In this document: piece by piece, positions 10,936 through 20,715 of the stretch
Position numbering within the stretch: position 1 is the stretch's first letter
Layout: each line of letters begins with the position of its first letter
Origin: Treponema sp.
Lineage (GTDB): Bacteria > Spirochaetota > Spirochaetia > Treponematales > Treponemataceae
DNA length: 64,000 nt
Assembly: GCA_016297805.1 (NCBI GenBank)
Contig: JAEDFX010000001.1
Location: 4,591-68,590 of the forward strand
Direction: 5' to 3'
Made by a program: the position numbers and the translations under genes
Notes under the pieces: model-generated
What the model was told of the DNA's origin: nothing
The model's database searches: none
The model's input: the letters and a program-made list of their open reading frames with translations, nothing else

Positions 10936-11761
10936 TACACTGTTTTGTGGTAACTATAAGGTTTTTGATGGAATTTTATCTTGTATTATTTCAATCCTAA
11001 AGAGAACAGAAACTAAAGAACCATTTCATTTTTACCTTTTTACAATGGATGTGCACCATTTAAGAGAAGACTACACTCCTATTACAGAAAAACAGGTGGA
11101 TTTTTTACAGAAAGTAGTTAAATCATACAACAGCGAAAATTTAGTAACAAAAATTGATGTTACAGATTTGTATAACAAGGAGTTCGCCAACAGCCCAAAC
11201 GAACAGTGCTATTGTTCACCCTATACACTAATTAGATTATTTGCTGATTTAGTACCTGAAATTCCTGAAAAACTTCTTTATCTTGATGCGGATTTACTTT
11301 TCAATAAAGATATTACTAAGCTTTATAATATTGATATCGAAAAATATGAATATGCAGCCGCTCCTGACCATTACGGTAAGCTTATTCTTTTCTGGCAGAA
11401 AAAATTTATTAATGCCGGAGTAATTCTTTTCAACATGAAGAAATGTAAAGAAACAGGTTTATTTGAAAAATCAAGAAATGAAATCAGAATGCATAAACTT
11501 ACATTTGCTGATGAAAGTGCAATCATTAGAAGCACAACATATCAGCTTAAGATTTCTCAGCGTTTCAATGATCAGAAATTTCTTTACAAGGGAACCGTTA
11601 TCAGACATTTCTCAAAAAGACTTTTCTGGTTTCCATATCCTCACACAGAAAACATCAAGCAATGGAATTACACTAAAATGCTGGCTAAATTCAAGTATCT
11701 TTGTTTTGAAGATGTTCTTTCAGAATACCTTTACTACAAAGGGAAATTTGAACGGGAATAG
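10928..11761 (+). CDS. glycosyltransferase family 8
   Basis: TLIRLFAD, KLLYLDAD (DxD), FINAGVILFN, FADES; ATG 10928 overlaps the upstream stop (ORF track start 10916). Confidence 0.85.
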   Translation: MINTLFCGNYKVFDGILSCIISILKRTETKEPFHFYLFTMDVHHLREDYTPITEKQVDFLQKVVKSYNSENLVTKIDVTDLYNKEFANSPNEQCYCSPYTLIRLFADLVPEIPEKLLYLDADLLFNKDITKLYNIDIEKYEYAAAPDHYGKLILFWQKKFINAGVILFNMKKCKETGLFEKSRNEIRMHKLTFADESAIIRSTTYQLKISQRFNDQKFLYKGTVIRHFSKRLFWFPYPHTENIKQWNYTKMLAKFKYLCFEDVLSEYLYYKGKFERE

Positions 11762-11763
11762 AA

Positions 11764-12750
11764 TTATTTAACAATATCTTTAGCTCTTGGACCAAACTTT
11801 CTCTGGCGTTCTCTTACCCCCTGAATTAGGGAATTATTTTCTTCAAGAGCATCAATTAAATCCCAGTGCCAGTTTACATCATTTGGTGGGAAAATTGGCT
11901 GTGGGTCAGGTTTTCTTCGTGAATTCCCTTGTTTTACAATCTGCATTAATTCTTCAAAGGTATGTTTATCTGCAAGCTTTGTAAGGTATGGTTCTTCATC
12001 TACAATTAAAATTGATTTATCTTCGTTGAAAACAAATTGATTTTCATCAAAATCAAAAGGTGCTACTGTATTTCTGATTTTTTTACTGCGTCCAGAAACA
12101 CAAGAATAATTATAACCACCAGAAAAAATATGCTTGTCTACATTGTATGATTCATCATCAAATTTTAAAGTTACTTTTTCATCTGAATATTCCATATCAG
12201 AACGCCAATAACGAATATCAAAATACTTATTTTCATTAAAATATATACAACTTAAATTTTCAGGTATTTTCTGCTGACTGACCTTAAAGCCTTCTGTTTT
12301 TAAATTTCCCCGATAATAATTAGAATCTTCTGAATCCTGAATATAAAAGTTTAAAAATATATTATCATCCAAAATCACTACAGGAATATTATTTTTCTGA
12401 TTTCTTGAATATGTCATCTGCAATTCAAAACATTCCTTTAATTGATTTTTAGAAATTGGAACTACATCAATATAAACTTGTTCTGCTTTGCGACTTGTAC
12501 CAGTATTTCTTACACGAGCTTCTTTTTTTGCATATTCTTCCGGTTCTACAGCCCTGTCATAATACCATCCGTAATATTCTTTCAAAAGAATAACAATTTG
12601 AGGATGATTCTCTTCTTCCGTTTTTTCAAAAAAAACAAATCTGTCTTTACCCTCCCAAATTCCATACAAAGAATCTGGAAGCTCTGCTGCAAAAAGATTG
12701 GATAAAGCGAAAAAAAATACTATTAACAGAGAAATTTTTTTCATATACAT
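11764..12750 (-). CDS. hypothetical exported protein
   Basis: Signal peptide MKKISLLIVFFFALSNLFA; no family recognised. Confidence 0.6.
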   Translation of the reverse strand: MYMKKISLLIVFFFALSNLFAAELPDSLYGIWEGKDRFVFFEKTEEENHPQIVILLKEYYGWYYDRAVEPEEYAKKEARVRNTGTSRKAEQVYIDVVPISKNQLKECFELQMTYSRNQKNNIPVVILDDNIFLNFYIQDSEDSNYYRGNLKTEGFKVSQQKIPENLSCIYFNENKYFDIRYWRSDMEYSDEKVTLKFDDESYNVDKHIFSGGYNYSCVSGRSKKIRNTVAPFDFDENQFVFNEDKSILIVDEEPYLTKLADKHTFEELMQIVKQGNSRRKPDPQPIFPPNDVNWHWDLIDALEENNSLIQGVRERQRKFGPRAKDIVK

Positions 12751-12765
12751 ATACTATCGGCTTTT

Positions 12766-12840
12766 TTTTAGTCACGGATGATACGGATTGAACGATATTT
12801 AAATTTTTATCCTTATCATCCGTGGAATCGGTGACTAAAA
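12766..12840. repeat. REP-like imperfect palindrome (CACRGAT/ATCYGTG family), copy 1
   Basis: TTTTAGTCAC (12766-12775) / GTGACTAAAA (12831-12840); inner CACGGATGATACGGAT / ATCCTTATCATCCGTG. Confidence 0.8.
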
Positions 12841-12859
12841 ATCGTATTAACAGTATAAT
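12831..12859 (+). promoter_or_regulatory. thiI promoter with -35 inside the palindrome end; probably leaderless
   Basis: GTGACT, 17 nt, TATAAT (12854-12859); ATG at 12867 is 7 nt downstream. Confidence 0.5.
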
Positions 12860-12866
12860 TTTACCT

Positions 12867-14045
12867 ATGACTTATTTAGCAAAAATTGGTGAGCTTACAC
12901 TTAAAGGCTCAAACATTCAGGAATTTGAAAATCTTTTAAAACATAACGTTGCAGAATATTTGAAGGGCTTAAATTGTCAGATTGCTCTTCGTGCAGGCCG
13001 TTTATATATTGATTGTGATGAAGCCCTATCTGATAAAGTAGAGTTTTCCCTTTCCCACTTAATTGGTATTACAGGATGGGCAAAAGCTACTGTCTGTGAA
13101 AAAACAATTGAAGACATCAGCCGTGCAGTTTTTGAACTTGCTAAAATTGAAGCCGAGAAAGGATGCAAAACCTTTAAAATCGATGCCCGCCGTGCAGATA
13201 AAAGCTTTCCGATGAATTCTTATGAAATCAACTGTGAAGCCGCTGGTGATGTTGAATCAATTATGAAGGTTGATGTTCATCATCCTGATACAATTATTTA
13301 TGTTGAAGTTCGTGAACGATGTTTTGTCTATGTAACTTCTAACATTGGATGCCGCGGACTTCCTGTTGGTTCCAGTACAAAAGGACTTCTTCTTCTTTCA
13401 GGTGGACTTGATTCACCAGTTGCAGGGTACAGAATGCTTCGCCGTGGAATGAAAATTGAATGCTGTTATTTTCATTCTTACCCATATACATCAGAAGAAG
13501 CTAAGCAGAAGGTTGTTACTCTTGCACAGAAGCTTGCTTACTACGGAATTAAAATGTATCTGAACGTAATACCTTTTACAGATGTTCAGATGCGTATTAA
13601 AGAACGGGCTCCAGAAGCATGGTCTACTTTAATGCTCCGTGTGTGTATGATGAAGGTTGCAAATCGTCTTGCAGGCCGTTGTAATGCAAAATGTATTATT
13701 ACTGGCGAAAGTGTTGGTCAGGTTGCCAGTCAGACTATAGAAAATATGACTGTTACTGAACATTTTGCAACTTATCCTTTACTCCGTCCTTTGTGTGGTA
13801 TGGATAAGGAAGAAATCATTAAAGATTCATATTTTATTGACACCTACGAAACTTCTATTCTGCCTTATGAAGACTGCTGTGTATTGTTCAGTCCTAAGCA
13901 TCCGGTTTTACGGGGTACTATTGAACAGGCAGAAGAGATTTACAAGTCTCTTGAAGTTGATGAATTAATTGAACAGTCATACAAAGACCGGGAAATTGTA
14001 AAATTAACAGCCACCGGCGAAGCTGACTGGAAAACAAAGAACTAA
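12867..14045 (+). CDS. thiI: tRNA 4-thiouridine synthase ThiI
   Basis: GELTLKGSN, THUMP domain, PP-loop LLSGGLDSPVA, TGESVGQVASQT, PYEDCC; ATG 12867 preferred over GTG 12822. Confidence 0.93.
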   Translation: MTYLAKIGELTLKGSNIQEFENLLKHNVAEYLKGLNCQIALRAGRLYIDCDEALSDKVEFSLSHLIGITGWAKATVCEKTIEDISRAVFELAKIEAEKGCKTFKIDARRADKSFPMNSYEINCEAAGDVESIMKVDVHHPDTIIYVEVRERCFVYVTSNIGCRGLPVGSSTKGLLLLSGGLDSPVAGYRMLRRGMKIECCYFHSYPYTSEEAKQKVVTLAQKLAYYGIKMYLNVIPFTDVQMRIKERAPEAWSTLMLRVCMMKVANRLAGRCNAKCIITGESVGQVASQTIENMTVTEHFATYPLLRPLCGMDKEEIIKDSYFIDTYETSILPYEDCCVLFSPKHPVLRGTIEQAEEIYKSLEVDELIEQSYKDREIVKLTATGEADWKTKN

Positions 14046-14050
14046 AAATT

Positions 14051-14824
14051 ATGAAAGCCCAGGAAAAAGAACTGATTTACAATCTTCTCAAAACTGCAGA
14101 TGCCTACGAACTCGGCTACACACGGGATAAATTTGCCAGTGTAATGCAATTTTTTGATGATGAAGAAGCTCCTTCTGTTGAAATTTCTTCTGAACCCGTG
14201 CCAGTTCCTGTGTCTGAACCTGCACCAATTTCGGTACCAGCACCACAAAAATCTGGCATGACTTTAGAAGAACTAAATGCAAAAATTCTCAGATGTACCC
14301 GTTGTGGTCTTGCACGTACCAGAAACAATGTGGTTCCAGGTATGGGGGTACTAAATCCTCAGGTTATGGTTATTGGCGAAGGTCCGGGCCATGATGAAGA
14401 TATGCAGGGCCTACCATTTGTGGGCAAAGCAGGATTACTTCTTGACAAAATGCTTAATGCCATTCAGCTGGATCGAAAAACAAACTGTTATATTGCAAAT
14501 GTTGTAAAATGTCGTCCTCCAGAAAATAGAAATCCATTTCCAGATGAACAATCTGCCTGCTTCTCTTTTCTTGAAGCACAGATTCATCTTTTGAAACCAA
14601 AAATGATTCTCTGTATGGGAAAAATTTCCATTGAAAAACTAATGAATCAGTCTGTTTCAATAAATGCATCCCATGGACAGTTTTTTGATTATAACGGAAT
14701 TCCTGTTATGCCAACATACCATCCAAGTGCACTTTTACGAAATGAACAGTTGAAGCGTCCTGCCTGGGAAGACCTTAAAAAATTCAGAGTGAGATTAAAT
14801 GATCTTCTTAGAGATAATTCTTAA
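14051..14824 (+). CDS. uracil-DNA glycosylase family 4
   Basis: CTRCGL, IGEGPG, PFVGKAG, NVVKCRPPENRNP, TYHPSALL. Confidence 0.92.
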   Translation: MKAQEKELIYNLLKTADAYELGYTRDKFASVMQFFDDEEAPSVEISSEPVPVPVSEPAPISVPAPQKSGMTLEELNAKILRCTRCGLARTRNNVVPGMGVLNPQVMVIGEGPGHDEDMQGLPFVGKAGLLLDKMLNAIQLDRKTNCYIANVVKCRPPENRNPFPDEQSACFSFLEAQIHLLKPKMILCMGKISIEKLMNQSVSINASHGQFFDYNGIPVMPTYHPSALLRNEQLKRPAWEDLKKFRVRLNDLLRDNS

Positions 14825-16787
14825 TCTTCCAGTTAATCAAGGATTTACATATTCATATATTCCTCCAGAAAATGAAAAGCCTGAACTGAAGCCAGAAATC
14901 GGAAAACGAGCTGAAATTATGTTTGGCAATAAAAAGACTGAAGGCTTTATCATAAATGTTCTAGATCATGTTCCAGAAAACTGTCCGGTAGAGGAAAAAA
15001 AGATTCGTCCAATAAAACGAATTATTGATAAAGAACCTCTGTTTAATACAGAACTTATAGAAATGGCTAAATGGATATCACACTATTACCTTTGTACTTT
15101 AGGTGAAGCAGTTTATTCCATGATTCCTTCCGGCCGTCGTGAATCCAGTGCCGGTGGATTTAGTTTTGAAGAAGAACTTAGTTCCAGTCATAAGAACACT
15201 CTTTCAGAGGAACAGACAAAGGCTGTAAACGACATTCTTAATCAGGGGGCGGCTTTTCACTATCTATATGGTCCAACAGGAACTGGTAAAACAGAAGTTT
15301 TTCTTTCTCTGGCAGAAAAGATTCTTGAACAGGGAAAAGGCGTAATTTATCTTGTTCCAGAAATAGGTCTTACTGGTCAAGTAGCAAAATCAGTTGCTGA
15401 ACGCTTTGGTAATACAGCCGCAATTCTTCATTCAGGACTTACCCCTTCTCAGCGTTTAGGAGAATGGCACAGAATTATGCATAAGGAAGCACGGGTTGTA
15501 GTAGGTGCCCGTTCTGCAATTTTTGCTCCAGTACCAGACTTGGGATTAGTAATAATTGATGAAGAGCACGATGGCTCATACAAATCTGGTAACAATCCCC
15601 GCTATCATGCAAGACAGGTTGCCATGAAGAGATGCTCGAATCTTAAGATTCCTTTAGTAATGGGAAGTGCTACTCCTTCTGTGGAAGCCTGGCACGGAAT
15701 GGAAAAAAAGACCATTATACGTCATTCTCTCACAAAGCGACTTGCTGGTGGGGAAATGCCTCATATAACCTGCATTGATTTAAATTATTATAAAAACGAC
15801 TGCTGTATTTCAGAGCCTTTGGAAAATGAGATTAAAAAAACTCTGGAACAAAAACATCAGGTTATTTTGTTTTTAAATAGACGTGGATTTACACACTTTT
15901 TCAGATGTAATTCCTGCGGTTACGAAATGGTATGCAAAAACTGTTCTGTTCCAATGACATACCATAAGAACATAAATCGGTTAAGCTGTCATTACTGTGG
16001 CTGGTCTACTTATCCTCCTCAAAGCTGCCCCCAATGTGGTTCTATGGATATTGGAACCTCTGGTTTTGGCACAGAATATATAGAGGCAGAAACCCGGGCT
16101 AAATTTCCAAATGCAAGAATTATTCGTCTGGACACAGATGTCTTAAAAAACAAAGATGAACTGTTAACATCTCTGGAAGATTTCCGTCAGGGGAAATATG
16201 ATATTATGCTTGGCACTCAGATGGTAGCAAAAGGTCTAAACTTCCCCAATCTTCAGCTGGTGGGTGTAGTTCTGGCAGATGCAGGATTACATATGCCAGA
16301 TTTCCGCGCCGGTGAAAGAACATTCTCCCTCATTACCCAGGTTGCAGGACGCGCAGGACGATATTTTCCTGACGGTAAAGTAATTGTTCAAAGCTATAGC
16401 CCAGGACGCGAACCGGTCTATTATGCCTGTAAAAATCAAATAGCTGATTATTATAATTATGAGCTTCAGCAACGAGACATGCTGGATTTTCCACCTTATT
16501 CAAGACTTCTTAGACTTGTATTCCGAAGTTACAACAAAGCTCTGGCCGCCAGTTCGGCAAATGATGCTGCAAAGCTTCTGGAACAAAATGCTCAACGAGG
16601 AATGGAAATCATTGGACCTGCCGAATGCCCTATTGAGAAAATCAATTCTTCATGGCGTTATCAGATTCTTCTAAAAGGAAGTTCAATCATTCCACTGCAA
16701 ACTGCAGCAAGAAAACTGTTATTTGAATATTCTCACAATCAGAATGTTTACATTGAATATGATGTAGATCCTGTAAGTTTGTTATAA
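14799..16787 (+). CDS. priA: primosomal protein N'
   Basis: GPTGTGKTEV, LVPEI, IIDEEH, four CxxC pairs, GTQMVAKG, QVAGRAGR. Confidence 0.95.
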   Translation: MIFLEIILNLPVNQGFTYSYIPPENEKPELKPEIGKRAEIMFGNKKTEGFIINVLDHVPENCPVEEKKIRPIKRIIDKEPLFNTELIEMAKWISHYYLCTLGEAVYSMIPSGRRESSAGGFSFEEELSSSHKNTLSEEQTKAVNDILNQGAAFHYLYGPTGTGKTEVFLSLAEKILEQGKGVIYLVPEIGLTGQVAKSVAERFGNTAAILHSGLTPSQRLGEWHRIMHKEARVVVGARSAIFAPVPDLGLVIIDEEHDGSYKSGNNPRYHARQVAMKRCSNLKIPLVMGSATPSVEAWHGMEKKTIIRHSLTKRLAGGEMPHITCIDLNYYKNDCCISEPLENEIKKTLEQKHQVILFLNRRGFTHFFRCNSCGYEMVCKNCSVPMTYHKNINRLSCHYCGWSTYPPQSCPQCGSMDIGTSGFGTEYIEAETRAKFPNARIIRLDTDVLKNKDELLTSLEDFRQGKYDIMLGTQMVAKGLNFPNLQLVGVVLADAGLHMPDFRAGERTFSLITQVAGRAGRYFPDGKVIVQSYSPGREPVYYACKNQIADYYNYELQQRDMLDFPPYSRLLRLVFRSYNKALAASSANDAAKLLEQNAQRGMEIIGPAECPIEKINSSWRYQILLKGSSIIPLQTAARKLLFEYSHNQNVYIEYDVDPVSLL

Positions 16788-16793
16788 AAATTA

Positions 16794-17588
16794 TTATACG
16801 TGTCTTCTTATTCCATCAAACTTAATTTCATACAAAAATAAACCTGTTGGAGGTGCTGTAACTCCGGCTTTTGTTCGATCCTTTGCTTCAAGGATTTTTA
16901 ACATAGCATCTTCTGGTGCATTAGATTTATCAAGATTAATAAGAGTACCGGTTAAAGTACGCACCATTTTCCACAAAAAGGCATTTGCCTCTATTTGAAA
17001 AACCAGCAAATCTTTTCCCCAGATATCTTTCTGAATAAAAAAATGTGCATCGTCTATGTAACGGAAATTAGAAACACTATCATCACCACTAGCTGCAAAG
17101 GAAGAACAATCCAGTTCTCCTCTAAGGCATTCTGCATATTTATTAAGTCTATCGAGATTTGGAGTATAATTTTTTACGCACCAGGTATATCTGGTATTAT
17201 TAGCAGAAATAATATCATCTGTTGAAATAAAATATCGATAAACCCTGCTTGTAGCAGATTTTCTGGCGCTAAAATCTTCAGGAACTTCTTTTGCCGCCAT
17301 AATGCGCACATCCTGAGGCAAAAAAGCATTTAATGCACGAACATAATTTTCCGCAGGAATAGTTTCTATTGGTGAATAAAAATTTGCAGCCTGTCCAAGT
17401 CCATGCACACCACTGTCAGTACGACCTGAGCCATACAGCTGAACTTTCTGCTTATGAACTTTTTCAAGAGCCTTTTCAACTTCACCCTGAACAGTTCGTT
17501 CCGCTTCACCACCTTTTACATCATCCTGACGCTGCCATCCGCAAAAATCCGTTCCGTCATAAGAAATTGTTAATAATATATTACGCAT
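16794..17588 (-). CDS. truA: tRNA pseudouridine(38-40) synthase
   Basis: YDGTDFCGWQRQ, GSGRTDSGVH, ANAFLWKMVR, TAPPTGLFL. Confidence 0.95.
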   Translation of the reverse strand: MRNILLTISYDGTDFCGWQRQDDVKGGEAERTVQGEVEKALEKVHKQKVQLYGSGRTDSGVHGLGQAANFYSPIETIPAENYVRALNAFLPQDVRIMAAKEVPEDFSARKSATSRVYRYFISTDDIISANNTRYTWCVKNYTPNLDRLNKYAECLRGELDCSSFAASGDDSVSNFRYIDDAHFFIQKDIWGKDLLVFQIEANAFLWKMVRTLTGTLINLDKSNAPEDAMLKILEAKDRTKAGVTAPPTGLFLYEIKFDGIRRHV

Positions 17589-18475
17589 TAGAAATCATCA
17601 TCACTTACAAGCTTGGAAATCGAATCATATAGATTACGGGCATGTTCAAGAAGAGGGCCTGGCTTGTTTTTAGAAGATTTACCTAAACCAAAGATTCTGG
17701 CAATTGCAGTTTTAGATTCATTAAGTTTTTTAAGACGCAGCTGAATATCTTCCTGCTGACCATATTTATATTCCAGCAAACCACAAAGATAAATTACTCC
17801 ATCCCATCCATAGTTTTTATCCATATCAGGGCCCATATTTGGCAATGCTGAACTTTTTTCTTCTCTTGAGCTTTCTACAAAAACAGCCTGCTGATAAAAG
17901 AACAAAGCTTTACTGTAGAACATCTGAGCGACAATGTCATAATTATGACCGGCACAATGCTGATTGATTTCCTTACTAAGCCATGCAAGTCTTAATGAAA
18001 TAATAGCTTTTTTCATTGTAGGAATTGTATACTCGCCTAAATCATCGTAAGTCATTAAAGCAAGGTAGTACATTGCTGCACCATCAAATAAAGTGCGCTC
18101 TTTTTTTAAATTAAAATATGGGAAGATTTCTTCACAGGCTTTCTTACGCTTTTCAGAATGTTCAAAGAGTCTGTCCCCATCTTCTGGTGTGATTTTTTCT
18201 GTAAAATCATTCCAGAATAAAGATGTATAACAGAAAGGACAAGTTCCAATTTCATAAATAAGAGGATAAACACGGCCAAATTTTGCAGAAGGTTCAAAAA
18301 TACGATGCAATTCATCTGTAAGTCCACCAGCAATCATACGACCATTACCACTTCGCATGATTTCCCGTTCAAAACCTTTCTTACAGATTGGACAGATACA
18401 TTTATCTTTTGACCAGTAAGATATTGCAGGCTTTTTATTTGGATCTGCAGCCTTTTTTTTACTTGAAGTTGCCAT
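17588..18475 (-). CDS. DUF2225-like zinc-binding/TPR protein
   Basis: CPICKKGF and YEIGTCPFCYT pairs, LRLAWL, YLCGLLEYKYG. Confidence 0.65.
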   Translation of the reverse strand: MATSSKKKAADPNKKPAISYWSKDKCICPICKKGFEREIMRSGNGRMIAGGLTDELHRIFEPSAKFGRVYPLIYEIGTCPFCYTSLFWNDFTEKITPEDGDRLFEHSEKRKKACEEIFPYFNLKKERTLFDGAAMYYLALMTYDDLGEYTIPTMKKAIISLRLAWLSKEINQHCAGHNYDIVAQMFYSKALFFYQQAVFVESSREEKSSALPNMGPDMDKNYGWDGVIYLCGLLEYKYGQQEDIQLRLKKLNESKTAIARIFGLGKSSKNKPGPLLEHARNLYDSISKLVSDDDF

Positions 18476-18494
18476 TATAAACCTCTTATCTTAT

Positions 18495-18863
18495 TTATTC
18501 TTTCTCAATAATCACATAAGCAATTGCATATTCTTTTTCATGACTTAAAGAAACATGCACATTACATTTTCCACAACGTTCATCCAGCAATTTTTTTGCT
18601 GTTCCCTGAATCATTAAAAACGGTTTTCCTTCATCATTTTTTTTTATAAACACATCTTTTAAATCAAAGGCTAAGCCAGTACCAAGAGCTTTGGAAAATG
18701 CCTCTTTTGCGGCAAATCTGGCAGCATAATGCTGGCATTGAGCAGCTACTGTCCCACTACATTTTTCCGCTTCATTATAGAATCGGTTAATCATCTGGGA
18801 ATCTTTCACCCATTTTTCAAAACGTCGTACTTCTGTTATATCAGTTCCAATTCCGTAAATCAT
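18495..18863 (-). CDS. acpS: holo-ACP synthase
   Basis: GIGTDI, AARFAAKEAFSKALGTG, SLSHE. Confidence 0.95.
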   Translation of the reverse strand: MIYGIGTDITEVRRFEKWVKDSQMINRFYNEAEKCSGTVAAQCQHYAARFAAKEAFSKALGTGLAFDLKDVFIKKNDEGKPFLMIQGTAKKLLDERCGKCNVHVSLSHEKEYAIAYVIIEKE

Positions 18864-19903
18864 TCTTCCCCTTCAGGCTCTGCCGAAACCTGTGGTTCTT
18901 CATCTTCACCTTCCCCTTCAGGTTCACCCTCAATTGATTCTTCTGCAGTTTCAGGTTCAGGAGCTTTTTTTACATTAATCTTTATAGTTGAATTGGATCT
19001 TTCAATCAAATCAAAAATAGAAGGAATATTATATTTCACAGGAACTTCATATTCACCAGCTTCAGTAATATTTGTAAGGTCTATCTGAGCAAAAGAATCT
19101 GATGGGATATAAGATTCCAGATTCTTCATTGAGCCTGCCATTCTTACAGAAAGTTCCGGTAAAATACCGTCAATTTCAAAACTATCTGAAAGGTGTACAA
19201 TCTGAGGTTTTATACCTACAAAAGTTGCCTCATGATCTATTGGACTTACAACAACAGTAGCTCTATAAGGCCCTTTATTATCAATATTAATTAAAGAAGA
19301 TGCTTCAATACAGTAACTTTCAGAAGTAAATGTAGTTTCTGCATTCGAAATATTAATCTTAGTTGTAGAAATCTGATCAATTGCATCAAGAATAGTTTTT
19401 GGTCCTGAAACTTCAACTGTAGATGGATTCATAAGTATATCAGAAACCTTGAACCCATGTGCAACTTCACCAATAACAGATGGAGTAAGTGTAACATATT
19501 TTACAGCTTTCTTATCCACATCAATTTCAATTGTTTCATCCTTTAGTTTTATTTCTAAAGGATCTATTTCATAAAGCCTGTTTGTAATCGAAAGCTGAAC
19601 GGGGATTTTATATTTTCCTTTTTCTGTGATTGTATCCAGATTAATACTTGCTGATATGTCTGAATTATGAATTGAATTAATCTCACTTGCATTTGTTCTT
19701 ACAACTACCGAGACAGCCTGTGGAACATTACCTACGTGCATTACTATTCCATCTTCAATAATATTAAGAGGAACAACTATAGTTTTTTTATCAACTAATG
19801 AGGCTTGATGAAAAATATATAAAAAAATTGCAACAATAAGACAAACTACCTTAACAGGCCAGTTATTTAAAAGCTTATCAATTAATGGTCTTTTGTTCGT
19901 CAA
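18860..19903 (-). CDS. cdaR: CdaR/YbbR-domain regulator of diadenylate cyclase
   Basis: NWPVKVVCLIVAIFLY TM, YbbR-like repeats (PSTVEVSGP); TTG 19903 preceded by GGAGG; follows cdaA. Confidence 0.8.
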   Translation of the reverse strand: MTNKRPLIDKLLNNWPVKVVCLIVAIFLYIFHQASLVDKKTIVVPLNIIEDGIVMHVGNVPQAVSVVVRTNASEINSIHNSDISASINLDTITEKGKYKIPVQLSITNRLYEIDPLEIKLKDETIEIDVDKKAVKYVTLTPSVIGEVAHGFKVSDILMNPSTVEVSGPKTILDAIDQISTTKINISNAETTFTSESYCIEASSLINIDNKGPYRATVVVSPIDHEATFVGIKPQIVHLSDSFEIDGILPELSVRMAGSMKNLESYIPSDSFAQIDLTNITEAGEYEVPVKYNIPSIFDLIERSNSTIKINVKKAPEPETAEESIEGEPEGEGEDEEPQVSAEPEGEE

Positions 19904-20693
19904 TTGTATCCTCCATAACCTTTTCCTCTGGTGAAATATCAAGAAGATTTTCAAGAACCTTTCTTACTTCCGAAAGAGACAGGTCATAGTTCAGTTTTGC
20001 ATCATAAGCAAGGCTTAATGCTCCCGTTTCTTCTGAAACAACAAGAACAACAGCATCTGAAACTTCAGACAAACCAAGAGCAGCACGATGTCTTGTACCG
20101 AATGTTTTTTTAATTGTGTAGTTATCACTGGTTGGAAGGAAACATCCTGCCGCAATCAGTTTTCCACCCTGAATAAAACAGGCCCCATCGTGCAAAGAAG
20201 TATCTTTTCCAAAGATTGTCATTAAAAGACTAGATGAAAGATCTGCATTTAAACGAGTTCCTGTCTGAATAATATTTTCAAGCTGAGTATGTCGCATAAA
20301 AACAGCCAGCATACCTCGTTTCTGCTTTGAAAGCATATCTGCCGCAATAAGAACCGCATCAACGTAAGTGTGTTTTGAACGAGTACCAAAAGCAAACCAT
20401 CCATTCTGACCAATTCGTATAAAGAATTTTCGAATTTCAGGTTGGAAAATAAGGGCAAAAGCAACAACCAGCGCAGGAGCTACAAAGTTCAAAAGCCACA
20501 GAATTGTCTGCAAATCTAGAAGGATAGCCAGTGCGTATGCAATTGCAAAAATAACAACAGTTTTTAGCATCTGAACACCATTTGTTTTTGAAATGAAGTC
20601 ATATGCTTTATATAAAATGAAAGTAAGAACAGTTATATCTAAAACTGGCCGTATAAAATCATATATGTGTAGAAGCTTATCAAAACCATCCAT
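19878..20693 (-). CDS. cdaA: diadenylate cyclase CdaA/DacA
   Basis: Three TM helices, IFQPEIR, LHDGA, GTRHRAA, VVSEETG. Confidence 0.93.
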   Translation of the reverse strand: MDGFDKLLHIYDFIRPVLDITVLTFILYKAYDFISKTNGVQMLKTVVIFAIAYALAILLDLQTILWLLNFVAPALVVAFALIFQPEIRKFFIRIGQNGWFAFGTRSKHTYVDAVLIAADMLSKQKRGMLAVFMRHTQLENIIQTGTRLNADLSSSLLMTIFGKDTSLHDGACFIQGGKLIAAGCFLPTSDNYTIKKTFGTRHRAALGLSEVSDAVVLVVSEETGALSLAYDAKLNYDLSLSEVRKVLENLLDISPEEKVMEDTIDEQKTIN

Positions 20694-20715
20694 AGATTTT
20701 TATTTTACTACAATA

